This document shows positions 37,789 through 49,062 of a stretch of 64,000 nucleotides of DNA, one piece after another (the stretch's first letter is position 1; each line of letters starts with the position of its first letter). Both the position numbers and the translations under genes were made by a program. The notes beneath the pieces are model-generated. The model worked only from the letters and a program-made list of their open reading frames with translations, did not search any database and was not told where the DNA came from. Source of the stretch: an uncultured Bacteroidota bacterium (GTDB lineage Bacteria; Bacteroidota; Ignavibacteria; UBA10030; UBA6906); NCBI GenBank assembly GCA_963700635.1, contig CAVOYH010000004.1, positions 928,001-992,000 of the forward strand, in the 5' to 3' direction.

Positions 37789-39021
37789 TCAGGAGAACCG
37801 GATCGCTGTGACAGGGTCGAGTCGTGAGGCGAGCCGCGCCGGTATCAACGCGCTCAGCATTGACAAGGCCACCGTGATGGCGGAGACCACGAGAAAATAT
37901 TCCCATCGCATCAACACGGGAACCGATGTCATAAAATAGATATCACTCGGCAGGGAGAGAAATTCGAAATCCTGCTGGTATTGTAACAGGCTGAACGCCA
38001 GAAGGTTGCCCAGGAATGTCCCGAGCAAGGCAATGGTGAGTCCCTGACGGAGGAAAATCCTCGTGATCCCCCACCGTGTTGCGCCGAGTGTCGCCAGGAC
38101 ACCGACTTCTTTTGTCTTATCCAGCACCATCATCAGCAGGGTACCGATGATGTTTACCGTGGCGACTATGATGATCAGCCCGAGAATGATCGGGATGGGT
38201 TTCTTCTGCAGTTCAATCCAGCTGAACAGATTCCTGTATGATTCGAACACCGTCCGGGCGTAGTGAGGATACCCCAGGAGGTCCGACACGCGGTCGGCAA
38301 TCACCTCGGCGCTGTCGATGCGGCTTAGTTGGATATCGTATCCGGACACCGCGTCAGGAATCTGGAAGAGGATCTGGGCATCGTGGAGCCCCGTGTAGGC
38401 GTACACATCGTCATACTCGGCCATTCCTGATTCGTAGATCCCCGTCAGCCGGAAGACCATGACTCTTCCCTGTCCGTCCTGGAACAACCGTCCGATTCCG
38501 AATACCACCACACGATCCCCAACGTCCAGGCCCAGGCGGGATGCCAGCTTCCGGCCTATGACGATGCCGGGCGCGCCTCCCGGCTGTTTGTCGAGCCGGA
38601 ATTCGCCGGCCACCAGATACTTGCGTGCGGCAACCTCTTCACTCGCAGGATTGATGCCCTTCAGCAGTATCCCGTCCACTCCGTGTTTTGAGCGGATGAG
38701 TGCTTCACGGGCGACATACGGTGTCACGGCGGTCACGGCCGGGGAGCAGGAGGCCAGCAGGGCGGCATGTTCCTCGTAATTTCCCAGTGGGAAATTCTGG
38801 TACCCTGTGACCTGAACGTGGCTCGTGAACCCGACAACCTTTTCGGTGATCTCTCTTTCGAACCCGCCGAGCACCGAGAGCGCGATAATCAACAGCGTGG
38901 CCGTGCCCAGCATAACCCCCAGGATAGCGATGCCCGCGATAAAGGAAAAGAAGCCGGCGTTCCGCCGGGATCGCAAATATCGGGAGGAGATGAATTGCGT
39001 GTAGCTCGTGTCAGGATACAC
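37789..39021 (-). CDS. Lipoprotein-releasing ABC transporter permease (LolC/E family)
   Basis: [24 protein letters not shown] and [16 protein letters not shown]. Confidence 0.92.
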   Translation of the reverse strand: MYPDTSYTQFISSRYLRSRRNAGFFSFIAGIAILGVMLGTATLLIIALSVLGGFEREITEKVVGFTSHVQVTGYQNFPLGNYEEHAALLASCSPAVTAVTPYVAREALIRSKHGVDGILLKGINPASEEVAARKYLVAGEFRLDKQPGGAPGIVIGRKLASRLGLDVGDRVVVFGIGRLFQDGQGRVMVFRLTGIYESGMAEYDDVYAYTGLHDAQILFQIPDAVSGYDIQLSRIDSAEVIADRVSDLLGYPHYARTVFESYRNLFSWIELQKKPIPIILGLIIIVATVNIIGTLLMMVLDKTKEVGVLATLGATRWGITRIFLRQGLTIALLGTFLGNLLAFSLLQYQQDFEFLSLPSDIYFMTSVPVLMRWEYFLVVSAITVALSMLSALIPARLASRLDPVTAIRFS

Positions 39022-40127
39022 TCTTATCGCTAAACGCCATCAGATAGCCCCGGATGAACGTATCCAGATCGCCGTCCATAACCGCCTGCACATTGCTGGT
39101 CTCAATATCCGTCCGGTGGTCTTTCACGAGATTGTAGGGATGAAACACATACGACCTGATCTGACTTCCCCATTCGATCTTCTTTTCGTGCTTTCGATTG
39201 CGTCCCGCTTGGCCTCTTCCTCCTCTTTCCGGCGCTGGTAGAGTTGAGATTTTAGCATCTTTATCGCGCGCTCTTTGTTCTGAAACTGGGAACGTTCCTG
39301 CTGACAGGCCACGATGATCCCTGAAGGGATGTGCGTGATCCGCACCGCGGTTTCGACCTTGTTCACGTTCTGGCCCCCTTTGCCACCGGACCGGAACGTG
39401 TCAACTTTCAGATCCACCGGATTCACTTCAATCTCAACATCATCTTCAATTTCCGGGTAGACATACACGGATGCAAAAGAGGTGTGCCTTCTGGCGTTGG
39501 AATCGAACGGGGAAATCCGGACGAGCCTGTGCACGCCGTTTTCCGCCTTGAGGTAACCATAGGCATGCTGACCCGTGACCTCGATGGCAGCGCTTTTGAT
39601 GCCCGCACCGTCGCCGTCCTGCCGGTCGGCCAGTGCAACCTTGAAGTCGTGCTTCTCGCACCATCTCAGGTACATGCGGAGAAGCATTTCTCCCCAGTCC
39701 TGCGCTTCCGTACCGCCCGCGCCCGCATGGATCGTAAGGATACAGTTCCGATCGTCGTCCTCGCCGCTCAGCATATTCCGGAACTCCAGCTCCTCAAAGA
39801 CCGGCCCGGACTTTCTCGAGTTCCCGCGTATCTCCGCTTCGAACGATGTATCGGCAGATTCCTCCTCCGCCAGTTCGATAAACGAGCGGGCATCCTCCAG
39901 TTTCTTCCGAAAGATCAGCCCAGGCATCAATCCATACCTTCCGGCTGCTGATCTGCTGCAGCATCACTTTCTGGGCAGCAACATTGTCCTCCCAGAAGCG
40001 CGGAGCGTGTGTTTTGAGCTGGAGCTCGGCTACAATCTTTTCCTTCCCGTCGAGGTCAAAGATAACCTCGGATGCTCTTGATTCGTTGAGTGAGTTCCTT
40101 GACTCCAGCCTTCTGGTCTTCAAACAT
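39011..40127 (-). CDS. prfB: Peptide chain release factor 2, with programmed +1 frameshift and extra spurious indels
   Basis: MFEDQK...RGYL|D at CTT-TGA-C; [13 protein letters not shown] and GGQ motifs. The C-terminus [10 protein letters not shown]...VMDGDLD is recovered after a further shift near 39185. Confidence 0.95.
40055..40069 (-). other. RF2 programmed +1 ribosomal frameshift site
   Basis: GAGGT (internal SD), then TAT, then CTT TGA C. Confidence 0.93.
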
Positions 40128-40137
40128 GGTACCGTCC

Positions 40138-40467
40138 TTACAATGAGAGAGTTTCTTCGCAGTCAATTTCCATTCGCAACATTGCCGACCCGTAAGTCTT
40201 CCCCTGCGCGTCGAGCTTCAGGGAGCGTGTTCCGCCTCCACCCAGCGCATGGTGGAGAATGAAGTTCAGCGCCCCCAGGTTCGGCAATTCAAACCGTTCC
40301 ACGGGTCCCTCCACCATCCCGCGAAAATGTTCCGCAACCCGCTCTACCGTGAGATACTTCAGGAGGATCGGGTAGAATTCTTCCTTTCGCGCGATCACGC
40401 CCACGTTGGCCGCATCCCCTTTGTCGCCTGACCGGGCATGAGCAATATCAATAAGCTTGATGCGCAT
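40138..40467 (-). CDS. AtuA-related small ferredoxin-like protein
   Basis: IAHARSGDKGD, VERFELPNLGALNF and ALGGGGTRSLKLDAQGK. Confidence 0.88.
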   Translation of the reverse strand: MRIKLIDIAHARSGDKGDAANVGVIARKEEFYPILLKYLTVERVAEHFRGMVEGPVERFELPNLGALNFILHHALGGGGTRSLKLDAQGKTYGSAMLRMEIDCEETLSL

Positions 40468-40471
40468 GATG

Positions 40472-41834
40472 TCACGATTCCTTGATTGTGACAGACGGGT
40501 GCACGGCGGATTTCGGGATGAGTGCAGGCCAGAACGCAATCACTTCGCTTGGTTTTGGCCTCCCTCCGGCGAAGCCGGTTACCGACGGCGGGCCTGTAAG
40601 GACCAGAGGGGCAAGTTCAAGTGCAAATCGTTCGATGGGAGCACGCTCGCGTGCGCGCACACCGATCCGGAGCATAACCTCCTGAGGGGGCTCCGCATGT
40701 TCAGCAAGCGGCCCGTGGCAGGAATTGTACCCGACATACTCCGTGCGAATCTCTTCGAAGGCCAGGCCAAGTGCACGTAGGCGTTCGCGCAGAATGCCAT
40801 CAGCCGCCTTGGCCTTGGCCAGAGCATCGGGCCAGGCATAGGTGAGCGATCCGACGCAGGTGTATCCATCCCTGTATGATGCCGATACTTTATATGAGTC
40901 GGTGGATGGTTTTCCCTTTACTCCGAACACTTTAACGCGATTAGCTCCGACAGATTCCAGCTGTATGGATGTAAAATCCGCCACACAATCCGGTGTGATA
41001 TATGTACGGGGATCTCCGATTTCATACAGCAGCTGCTCTTTCACCGTTGCGCAGGTCACCATGCCCCCGCTCTTCTCATGTTTCGTCACGATGACCTCAC
41101 CCGAGGGATATGCTTCCGCGATCGGAAATCCGACATGCGCAAGGTCGGGCACTGCCTTCCAATCGCCCGAAAAATTTCCTCCGGTAGATTGTGCTCCGCA
41201 TTCCAGAATGTGTCCGGCAATCGTCCCCGCCGCAAGTCTGTCCCAGTCAGAGGAACTTCCAGCCGAACTCGAACATCATCGGAGCAAGGGTCAGCCCGGT
41301 ATCGGTGGTTCGACCTGTTAGCACAACCTCTGCGCCTGCCTGCAACGCTTCCACGATGGGTGAGGCGCCAAAATACACATTCGCACTCTCCAGGGAGTCG
41401 CGCACGGTGCTCATGTGCGCGCCGGTCTCCATATCCGCCAGGGGGATCCCCTGTGCCAGCAAGCTGTCAAGGTCGGGGAGAATATCATCCCCGCTTACGA
41501 CTGCCACCCTGAGGCCGCGGATTCCCAGGGAGCGGGCGACCCCGAGAACAGCTTCCCGACATCCTTCGGGGTTTACACCACCGCCGTTTGTAATGACCCG
41601 TATCCCCTTCTGTTTACACTGCGGGAGGATTTCTTGAAGCAGCGGCACAAGATCGCGCGCATATCCGAGATTTGGATCACGACGCCGCTGTTTCTGCATG
41701 ATGGACATCGTCACTTCTGCAAGGTAGTCCATCACGAGGTAGTCGATGGGGCCCCGTGTCACCTGATCGACCGGCGCCCGGGGCAGATCACCCCAGAACC
41801 CCTGTCCGCTTGCGATCCGGATAAATGTTTTCAT
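40472..41834 (-). CDS. Acyclic terpene utilization AtuA family protein (DUF1446), split by a 1-nt frameshift near 41254
   Basis: [23 protein letters not shown] and ANVYFGA. The other frame continues [25 protein letters not shown] and [10 protein letters not shown]. Confidence 0.9.
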
Positions 41835-43597
41835 ACGATTCGGATATGCAGTTCGCGAAGTTGTTTTTCGTCCACGACGTTCGGCGCCTCATCCATAAGG
41901 GAGGTGGCGCTTGCAGTCTTTGGGAACGCCATAACATCCCGGATGGATTTCATTCCTGTGAGGAGCATCACCAGGCGGTCAAAGCCGAATGCAATGCCGC
42001 CGTGCGGAGGAGCGCCAAACCGGAACGCCGACAATAAGAAGCCGAACTTTTCTCTGGCTTCTTCCTCTCCAATCCCCATGAGGGCAAAGACCTCTGTTTG
42101 AAGTTTCTGGTCGTGAATACGGATGCTTCCGCCGGCTACCTCCGTTCCGTTCAGCACCAGGTCGTAGGCGCGAGCCCGGACACGTCCCGGGTCGCTCTTT
42201 AGCAACATCAGATCATCGGGATGCGGGGACGTGAACGGGTGATGTACGGCCACAAACCGTTTCTCCTCTTCGCTGTATTCCAGAAGCGGGAATTCGGTAA
42301 CCCAGAGCAGACCGGTCTTCGTTTCATCAATAAGATGCAGCCTCCGGGCCATTTCGAGGCGCAGGGAGCCCAGGACCGTGTATGCCTTCGCCCATGTATC
42401 TGTCACCAGCAGGGCCAGATCACCTTTGGCGCCGCCCAGGTGCACGAGAATACGCTCCAGAAGTTCTCGGCCCAGAAACTTCTCACTCGGGCTTTCCAGT
42501 CCGTCTTCAGTCCACTTAATGTAGACCAACCCGCCGGCCCCGAGGGACTTTGTATAATCCACGAGATTGTCCATCTGGTTTCTCGTGAGACGCGCCCCTC
42601 CCGGAACCACGAACCCGCCGACGATTCCCCCCTTCTTCACATTCTCTGCAAAGACCTTAAAGCCCGAATCCCGGACAAGCTCGTCGATACAACCAATCTG
42701 CAGGCCGAACCGCGTGTCCGGCTTGTCACTTCCATACCGTTCCATCGCCTCGCGGTATGTCAGGGACGGCAGAGGAAGTTGGATATCAATACCTTTAAGT
42801 TCCTTGAAGATGCGCTGCATGAGTCCTTCGGTCACTTCCCTGACATCAGACTCATCGACAAACGACATCTCCACATCAATCTGCGTAAACTCCGGTTGCC
42901 GGTCGGCCCTCAGATCTTCATCCCGAAAACACTTCACAATTTGCATGTAGCGGTCGAATCCGGAGACCATCAGAATTTGTTTGTACGTTTGCGGGGACTG
43001 GGGCAGAGCGTAAAACTTTCCCCGGTGCACGCGACTGGGGACGAGGTAGTCGCGGGCGCCTTCCGGAGTGCTTTTCATGAGAATGGGGGTTTCGATCTCG
43101 ATGAATTCCCGCTCGTCGAAATAATGATGTACTACCTGGTAAAGGCGGTGACGGAGCATCAGGTTGTGCTGCAGAACGGGCCTGCGCAGATCCAGGAACC
43201 GGTATTTGAGGCGGAGATCCTCGCTGGCGTCCACACTGTCGTCTATCGGAAATGGCGGCGTGTCAGCTCTGCTGAGAATCTCGAGGTCATCGGCCATGAT
43301 ATCCACCATCCCCGTTGGCAGGTCTCCGTTTTCCGTTCCCTCGGGTCGTTTTTCCACGATCCCCGATACGGTGATAACAAATTCGCTCCGGATTTCCTTC
43401 GCAAGCGCATGGGGTCTTGCATGGCGCTGGGGATTAAAAACGACCTGGGTCTTCCCGTACCGGTCACGGACATCGATGAAGATGACACCGCCGAGGTCCC
43501 GGCGCACATCAACCCACCCGTTGAGCGTTACACGATTGCCGATATCGTCTGAACGTAATGCACCGCACGTGACGGTCCGTTTGGAGAAACTGGCCAC
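41831..43597 (-). CDS. aspS: Aspartate--tRNA ligase
   Basis: [35 protein letters not shown] and PPHGGIAFG. The start is probably the GTG at 43597 after GAAGGGA. Confidence 0.97.
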   Translation of the reverse strand: MASFSKRTVTCGALRSDDIGNRVTLNGWVDVRRDLGGVIFIDVRDRYGKTQVVFNPQRHARPHALAKEIRSEFVITVSGIVEKRPEGTENGDLPTGMVDIMADDLEILSRADTPPFPIDDSVDASEDLRLKYRFLDLRRPVLQHNLMLRHRLYQVVHHYFDEREFIEIETPILMKSTPEGARDYLVPSRVHRGKFYALPQSPQTYKQILMVSGFDRYMQIVKCFRDEDLRADRQPEFTQIDVEMSFVDESDVREVTEGLMQRIFKELKGIDIQLPLPSLTYREAMERYGSDKPDTRFGLQIGCIDELVRDSGFKVFAENVKKGGIVGGFVVPGGARLTRNQMDNLVDYTKSLGAGGLVYIKWTEDGLESPSEKFLGRELLERILVHLGGAKGDLALLVTDTWAKAYTVLGSLRLEMARRLHLIDETKTGLLWVTEFPLLEYSEEEKRFVAVHHPFTSPHPDDLMLLKSDPGRVRARAYDLVLNGTEVAGGSIRIHDQKLQTEVFALMGIGEEEAREKFGFLLSAFRFGAPPHGGIAFGFDRLVMLLTGMKSIRDVMAFPKTASATSLMDEAPNVVDEKQLRELHIRIV

Positions 43598-43727
43598 CGA
43601 TAATCCCTTCAATTTGAGCATATAATATAGCCAAATCACACATGAGTATCAAACCTTCCCCTGTTGAGCTTCATCGCAATTTTCCATACCATGCACTGTG
43701 TTCTTCACCCACGCCAGGGACTCCAGC

Positions 43728-45812
43728 ATGCGCATTCTGTCCATCCTCTTCGTCCTACTCTTCTGCTCTCCGGCGTATGCCCAACCGGATCCCGCGGGTG
43801 CCCGAAAACGCCAGGAGAAGCTGGACGTGATACTTCGGATCCAGGACCGCCGGACACAGCACGACGGGAAGCTGATCTCCCTGTTGGGTGACGCCGATCC
43901 GGTCATTCGCGAACGCGCGACCCGGGCATACGGGAGCATCCAGGACACACAGGCTCTCCCGCTTCTTGTGTCACGGTTAACAGATCCCGAAATCCGTGTG
44001 CAGGAATCGGCGGCGTTTGCCATCGGGCAGACTGCCCTCACCCTCTCCCCGGATGCGCAGGCCAGTCTGGAAAACGAATTGATCTGGAAACGTCTGCCCG
44101 ATACACGCGTCCCGGACCGGTTGCTTGAAGAAATCGGAAAATTCGGCACGAAAGAAGGTCTCGGGGACCTGATGATCCGGATGGGAAACGTATATCGGGA
44201 CCGGCATCCATTTGGCATGACATTGGCCATCACCCGATATCTCATTCGCGGCATTTCCTCTCCCGACGCCATTCGTTACCTGCTGAGCAGGACGCGGCCG
44301 ATGGAAAGAACTTCCTGGCACGTTGTCTATGCATTACAACGGGCGGGCGATGATCCGGAAATCCGCAACGACATCGAGTTTCTCGTCCTCCTCCGGCAGC
44401 ATTCGGATCCGCTGGTCCGGATGCACCTTGCCACGCTGCTTGGCAGGATTCAGGAGAGCCGTGTGACTCTTGAGCCACTGCGGCGCCTGGCGGAATTTGA
44501 CACTGATTGGCGGGTCCGGGTAAATGCTTTGAAGGCGCTTGCGTTATATCCGCTCCGTACCGAACCGGCTTCCCTCCAGCTTTTCCGCCGTGCATTTTAC
44601 GATCCCGACGTTCAGATCTCCACCACCGCGCTTGCCGCACTCCGCACCAGCAATGTGATCTCGGTGGACACGAGCGGAGAGGCAGGGGAGGTGATCCGCC
44701 ATCTCCGGTACCTTGCCCACAATACCAACGGGAATTTTGCGTGGCCTGTTCAATCGGAGGCCGCACAAACTCTCGCTGCCCTCCTCGGTCCGAATGCATT
44801 TCCCGACGGTGTACCAGTCTCAGTGTCCAGACGTTTTCTGGACGCCGACCTCCTCCGGGCACAGGGTGCCACAGGCGATGCACAGACTCTCTGGGCGTTG
44901 CTCGCCGCTGCACGCGGGGCCGACCCGGTGCGCGTATGCGGAGCTCTTGAGGGGCTCAGATCGCTGGCCCGGCGTAATGGGTCAGATTCCTTGCTGATTG
45001 CCGCCGTGCGTGGTGCGGTTCTGAAGGCACTGGAATCCGGCGATGTGGCCATCACCGGAACTGCTGCAGGCGTATTAACTGACTCTACACTCCGCAACCC
45101 TGGTGTTGTTCCCGCACTCATCGCTGTGCTCGGTCAGCAGCGGCTTCCCGATGATCTTGAGGCCATGCAGGAGATCATCAATGCACTCGGCGCGCTGGGA
45201 GACACCCGGGCAGTCATTCCTCTGCTCGCGCAAATCAAGCAGCGTGCTCGGAGCATTGCTGTTGCATCCGCGCGTGCGCTTACCCGTCTGACGGGAGCCG
45301 AGTACTCTTCCCAGCTTCCGGCGGAGGCCGAACCGTTCTACACGGATTTTGATTTTTCGTATCTTGCCGCTCTCCCGGAGACTTTGCAGGTGGTTATCCA
45401 GACCGGACGCGGTGACATATTCGCAGAGTTTTACAAGGATGCCGCCCCGTTCACCGTGATGGCAATCGTGAAGCTCGCCACGCAGCGTAGCTATTATCGA
45501 GGATCAACCTTTCACCGTGTTGTCCCGAATTTTGTCAGCCAGGGGGGGTGCCCGCGTGGAGACGGATGGGGTGGTCCCGGATTTTCACTCAGGTCGGAAT
45601 TTTCGCTGCTGCATTATGAGGAGGGAACGATCGGGATCGCAAGCGCCGGCAAGGATACAGAGGGATCGCAGTTCTTCATCACACATTCCCCCCAGCCTCA
45701 CCTCGACGGCCGGTACACGATCGTCGGAAGGGTTCTGGAGGGGATGCAGATAGTAAGAGCAATTCAGAAGGATGATCGTATCTTCGACATCAGGTTCGAA
45801 GGGCTACGCTAA
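43728..45812 (+). CDS. Exported HEAT-repeat protein with a C-terminal cyclophilin-type peptidyl-prolyl isomerase
   Basis: Signal peptide, HEAT repeats, FHRVVPNFVSQGGCP, ASAGKDTEGSQFFITH and HLDGRYT. Confidence 0.9.
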   Translation: MRILSILFVLLFCSPAYAQPDPAGARKRQEKLDVILRIQDRRTQHDGKLISLLGDADPVIRERATRAYGSIQDTQALPLLVSRLTDPEIRVQESAAFAIGQTALTLSPDAQASLENELIWKRLPDTRVPDRLLEEIGKFGTKEGLGDLMIRMGNVYRDRHPFGMTLAITRYLIRGISSPDAIRYLLSRTRPMERTSWHVVYALQRAGDDPEIRNDIEFLVLLRQHSDPLVRMHLATLLGRIQESRVTLEPLRRLAEFDTDWRVRVNALKALALYPLRTEPASLQLFRRAFYDPDVQISTTALAALRTSNVISVDTSGEAGEVIRHLRYLAHNTNGNFAWPVQSEAAQTLAALLGPNAFPDGVPVSVSRRFLDADLLRAQGATGDAQTLWALLAAARGADPVRVCGALEGLRSLARRNGSDSLLIAAVRGAVLKALESGDVAITGTAAGVLTDSTLRNPGVVPALIAVLGQQRLPDDLEAMQEIINALGALGDTRAVIPLLAQIKQRARSIAVASARALTRLTGAEYSSQLPAEAEPFYTDFDFSYLAALPETLQVVIQTGRGDIFAEFYKDAAPFTVMAIVKLATQRSYYRGSTFHRVVPNFVSQGGCPRGDGWGGPGFSLRSEFSLLHYEEGTIGIASAGKDTEGSQFFITHSPQPHLDGRYTIVGRVLEGMQIVRAIQKDDRIFDIRFEGLR

Positions 45813-47566
45813 TCGGGCCGCGTAAGCTCCATAAACCCTTCGCGTGAACGGAGTCCCGCCAGATCGCCGTCCGCCCGTGCCTGCGACCGCAGCTTTGGAT
45901 TCAGTCGGATCGCGCTGGTAAGGGCCTCAAGAGCGTCATCCACCTTTCCTGCCGCCAGGCGGATTACGGCCAGATCGTACAACACCTCAGGATTCTGAGG
46001 GGCGAGTCTCGCGGCCCGCTCCTGCGCCGGAAGTGCCTCATGGTACCGCCGGTCCATGAACAGGGTCCACCCCTGATTCCACGCGTCGTTCACCTGAGCC
46101 AGAGTCAGCAATCGTCCGAGCTCGAGAAAAGGTTCCGCATGGTCATCGACGCGGATATCGATGGCGCGATCCGTGTATCCCCCATACCCTGCGTTCTTCC
46201 TCACCACGAGCAGGGCTGCAGATTGTTTCCCGCGTGAATCACCTCCGTTCCGTTCCCCCGCAACAAGCGCCCGGTACAGACGTTCTGAAAGAGTGCCGGG
46301 GGTGTGGACGAAGGTACTTTCCATCGCCGTCACGACGCCCTCTCCCGCCAGGATATTCCCCTGGATCGCATAGTTCGGTCCGTGGCGACCCCCTGCCCAG
46401 GAAAGACACTCGCTTCCTGTGTAGGTGACTGACGAGCCGGAAGCCGAAACCACACCCACCTGACGTCGGTTCCGGTCGGTGTCAGAGTCGAGAAGGATCT
46501 TCAGAACATCTCCGGGATCCTTTCCTTCCTCCATCATCGCCAATCCCCTCCATCCAAACGATGTGTTTGCAAATGACTGTGTTGCGACCGCACCCACGTC
46601 GGCTTTGGCCCACGGAACAACGGCTCCCACCGCAAAGAAGCGGGAGGCCACTGCGACACCAAGTTCACCGGTTTCCGGGTCCCGTGCTACAATGGAGAAA
46701 GTTGTAATGTCTTGCGCCACCGTTTTCCGCTTTGTTTCGGACGACGATGAACTTGTCTCTGATTTCTGATCCAGGGCCTCATAGTCAAGCTCGGACCCGA
46801 GCATGCTATGCGGTATGAGGAAAATAATAAACGTGATAATGGCGGCGCCGAGGGTCCATCGTTCGGGCTTTTGTGACTTGAAGAGTGCCACCGTCGCCAC
46901 AAGCCAGGCAAGGAAAGCAACGATGGTCTTGTTGTCCGTGAGGTCATGTCCGAAAGGCCAGCCCGTCCAGTACGCATCAAAGGCATACTTCTGTACCACC
47001 GGTCCGAGGAAAAGTCCGCCGAGCCCGAGGATTGCCACAGTCCAGAATGACAGAGTACGCAACCGGGGCTCGGGGGAAAAAAATTCAAGTCCGGTCCGGG
47101 TGGAAAAGAGCATCGCTGCAAACATCCCTATCACATGCAGGACAAGCACCAGGTCCGGAACCTCACCCCTAAAGCGAATCACCGTGCCACCTTCCGGGGG
47201 GAGTAGCGCAAGATCATTTCCGGATTTGAGTTCGACCAGATAGTCCAGCTTTCCGGCGGGTGGCTGATGGGGTAAGCTCCCTGTCAATACCCCGTCGTCA
47301 TAGATCATCGGTATTGTAACCCACTCGTCCCTGGTCTTGTGTCGCTTCCAGGAAAGACGGCCGGAAATGTCGGGGTTGTCTGTGTTGATACGCACCTGGT
47401 GGTCCGTGTCCCCCCCATGAGAACGGTCAAGTTTGTAGCGAACCGATTGTCCGTGGAGTGGCACCGACCCGGACACAGGATAGCTCGGTCCGGTCAACCG
47501 TTGATACAGTGCTGATCCGAGCGTAATCACGACCGCGAGAATCCACAACCATGCAGATTGTTTCAC
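45809..47566 (-). CDS. Fusion of a multi-TM membrane protein, DUF1028 (Ntn-hydrolase-like) and TPR
   Basis: GTG start, ~5 TM helices, Ser-rich linker, then TFSIVARD...GAVATQS...QGNIL...GGDSRG and C-terminal TPR helices. Confidence 0.8.
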   Translation of the reverse strand: MKQSAWLWILAVVITLGSALYQRLTGPSYPVSGSVPLHGQSVRYKLDRSHGGDTDHQVRINTDNPDISGRLSWKRHKTRDEWVTIPMIYDDGVLTGSLPHQPPAGKLDYLVELKSGNDLALLPPEGGTVIRFRGEVPDLVLVLHVIGMFAAMLFSTRTGLEFFSPEPRLRTLSFWTVAILGLGGLFLGPVVQKYAFDAYWTGWPFGHDLTDNKTIVAFLAWLVATVALFKSQKPERWTLGAAIITFIIFLIPHSMLGSELDYEALDQKSETSSSSSETKRKTVAQDITTFSIVARDPETGELGVAVASRFFAVGAVVPWAKADVGAVATQSFANTSFGWRGLAMMEEGKDPGDVLKILLDSDTDRNRRQVGVVSASGSSVTYTGSECLSWAGGRHGPNYAIQGNILAGEGVVTAMESTFVHTPGTLSERLYRALVAGERNGGDSRGKQSAALLVVRKNAGYGGYTDRAIDIRVDDHAEPFLELGRLLTLAQVNDAWNQGWTLFMDRRYHEALPAQERAARLAPQNPEVLYDLAVIRLAAGKVDDALEALTSAIRLNPKLRSQARADGDLAGLRSREGFMELTRPD

Positions 47567-47578
47567 GTAGTCCTCTTC

Positions 47579-48960
47579 CTATAAATTAAAATACATCTTG
47601 TATTCAAACGGATGGGGCATGGTCCCGATCGACTTGATCTCCTGTTCTTTGATGCGCACCCATTGCGTGAGGAGTTCCTGGGAGAACACGCCGCCGCGTT
47701 TCAGGAATTCCTGGTCGACCGCAAGGGCATCCAGCGCTTCCTCCAGATTACGCGGGAGGAACTGGATGTGCTCATGCGCCGAGTCATCATGGATGTTCTT
47801 GTCAAAGGGTCCGAATCCTTCTTTTGCGGGATCGATCTTCTGCAGTACGCCGTCGATTCCGGCCAGGAGGATTGCTGAGAGGCAGAGATAGGGATTCGCG
47901 GTTGCATCGGGCGGCCGGTACTCGAAGCGGGTTTCGTTGGGGTTCGTGACATACTTCGGGATGCGAATGGCGGATGCCCGGTTCCCCATGCCATAGGTGA
48001 GTGCCACCGGTGCCTCAAATCCGGGTACAAGGCGTTTGTAGGAATTCGTGGACGGGTTCGTGAACGCGGATAACGCCGGACCATGTTTGAGCAAGCCGCC
48101 GATGAATGATCTGCCGAGTTCATTAACATTTCCGTACTCCCCTTTCTTGTAGAAGACATTCTTGCCGTTCTTTGTAAGAAAGAGATGGAGGTGCAATCCA
48201 TTACCGGCCTGATGATACATCGGCTTCGGCATGAAGGTGATGAACAGGTCCCGCTGGCGTGCGAAGTTAAAGAGGGCATACTTTGTTGTCACAATAGAGT
48301 CCGCAGTCGTAAGCAGATCTGCAAAATGTGTTTCAATCTCCTGCTGCCCGCGTTCCCCCGTTTCGTGGTGGTGATACTTCACGCCGATCCCGAATTGTTT
48401 CAGCAGCGCGCATGCTTCGTCGCGGAAATCATCATAGACGTCGAACGGATTGGCCGCGTGGTATGCATTCTTGAAAAACTCTTCGGCATGCTCGACCTCG
48501 TAGTATGATGACGAGGTGCGCGTGTCGAATCGTACACGGAAAAAATGTAAAACTCGAACTCCGGACCCCAGTGTGATGTGTCGGCGCCCAGAGTTTTCCG
48601 GAGAAGGTCTTCTGCTTTTCGCGCGACGCCCCGGCCGTCCTGTGAGAACGGAGTCCGCGCATCATCCGCAAGGTGAATATTCGCGTAAAAACTCAATGTC
48701 GGAGTTGCCCGGAAAGGATCCACGACGGCGGTCCGCAGATCCGGGATAAGGATCATGTCGCTGTTTTCGACTTTGCGGAAGCCGTAACTGGAACCGTCAA
48801 ACCCGACACCCTCCCGTACCAGCAGCTCGAGCAAGCCGGGATGAACCGGAAGCGATATGTGGCGCAGGACGCCGGGAAGATCAATGCACTTCAGGTCGAT
48901 GATTTCAATCTTGTGCCGCTGTATCATTGTTGTACACTGTCGCAGCAGTCGTTTGTCCAT
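47579..48960 (-). CDS. glnA: Glutamine synthetase type I, split by a 1-nt frameshift near 48540
   Basis: FDGSS, GPEFEFY, HHE, TFMPKP, GNGLHLH, NSYKRLVPGFEAP, NRASAIRIP and RFEYRPPD. Confidence 0.94.
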
Positions 48961-49008
48961 TGGTGCTCCAGAAGAGGAAGGGGGTATTCCGAGTGACGGG
49001 AATATAAC

Positions 49009-49044
49009 AAAAAAAGCCGACCCATGCCAAAACACGGGTCGGCT
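49009..49044 (-). terminator. Rho-independent terminator of the vWA gene; overlaps a putative glnA promoter
   Basis: AGCCGACCCGUG-loop-CAUGGGUCGGCU-UUUUU. TTGGCA-N17-TATATT overlaps it. Confidence 0.82.
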
Positions 49045-49062
49045 CCTGAAGAAACAGGTGTA

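Noticed and set aside
40138-41834. Complete terpene utilisation (atu) pathway
   Set aside because: Only AtuA and its small partner are present; the other atu genes are not in the window.
42221-43552. 443-aa + strand ORF, and similar long ORFs at 4753-5859, 17172-18206, 20012-21058 and 33798-34631
   Set aside because: Antisense shadows of well-supported genes in GC-rich DNA, with no recognisable motifs.
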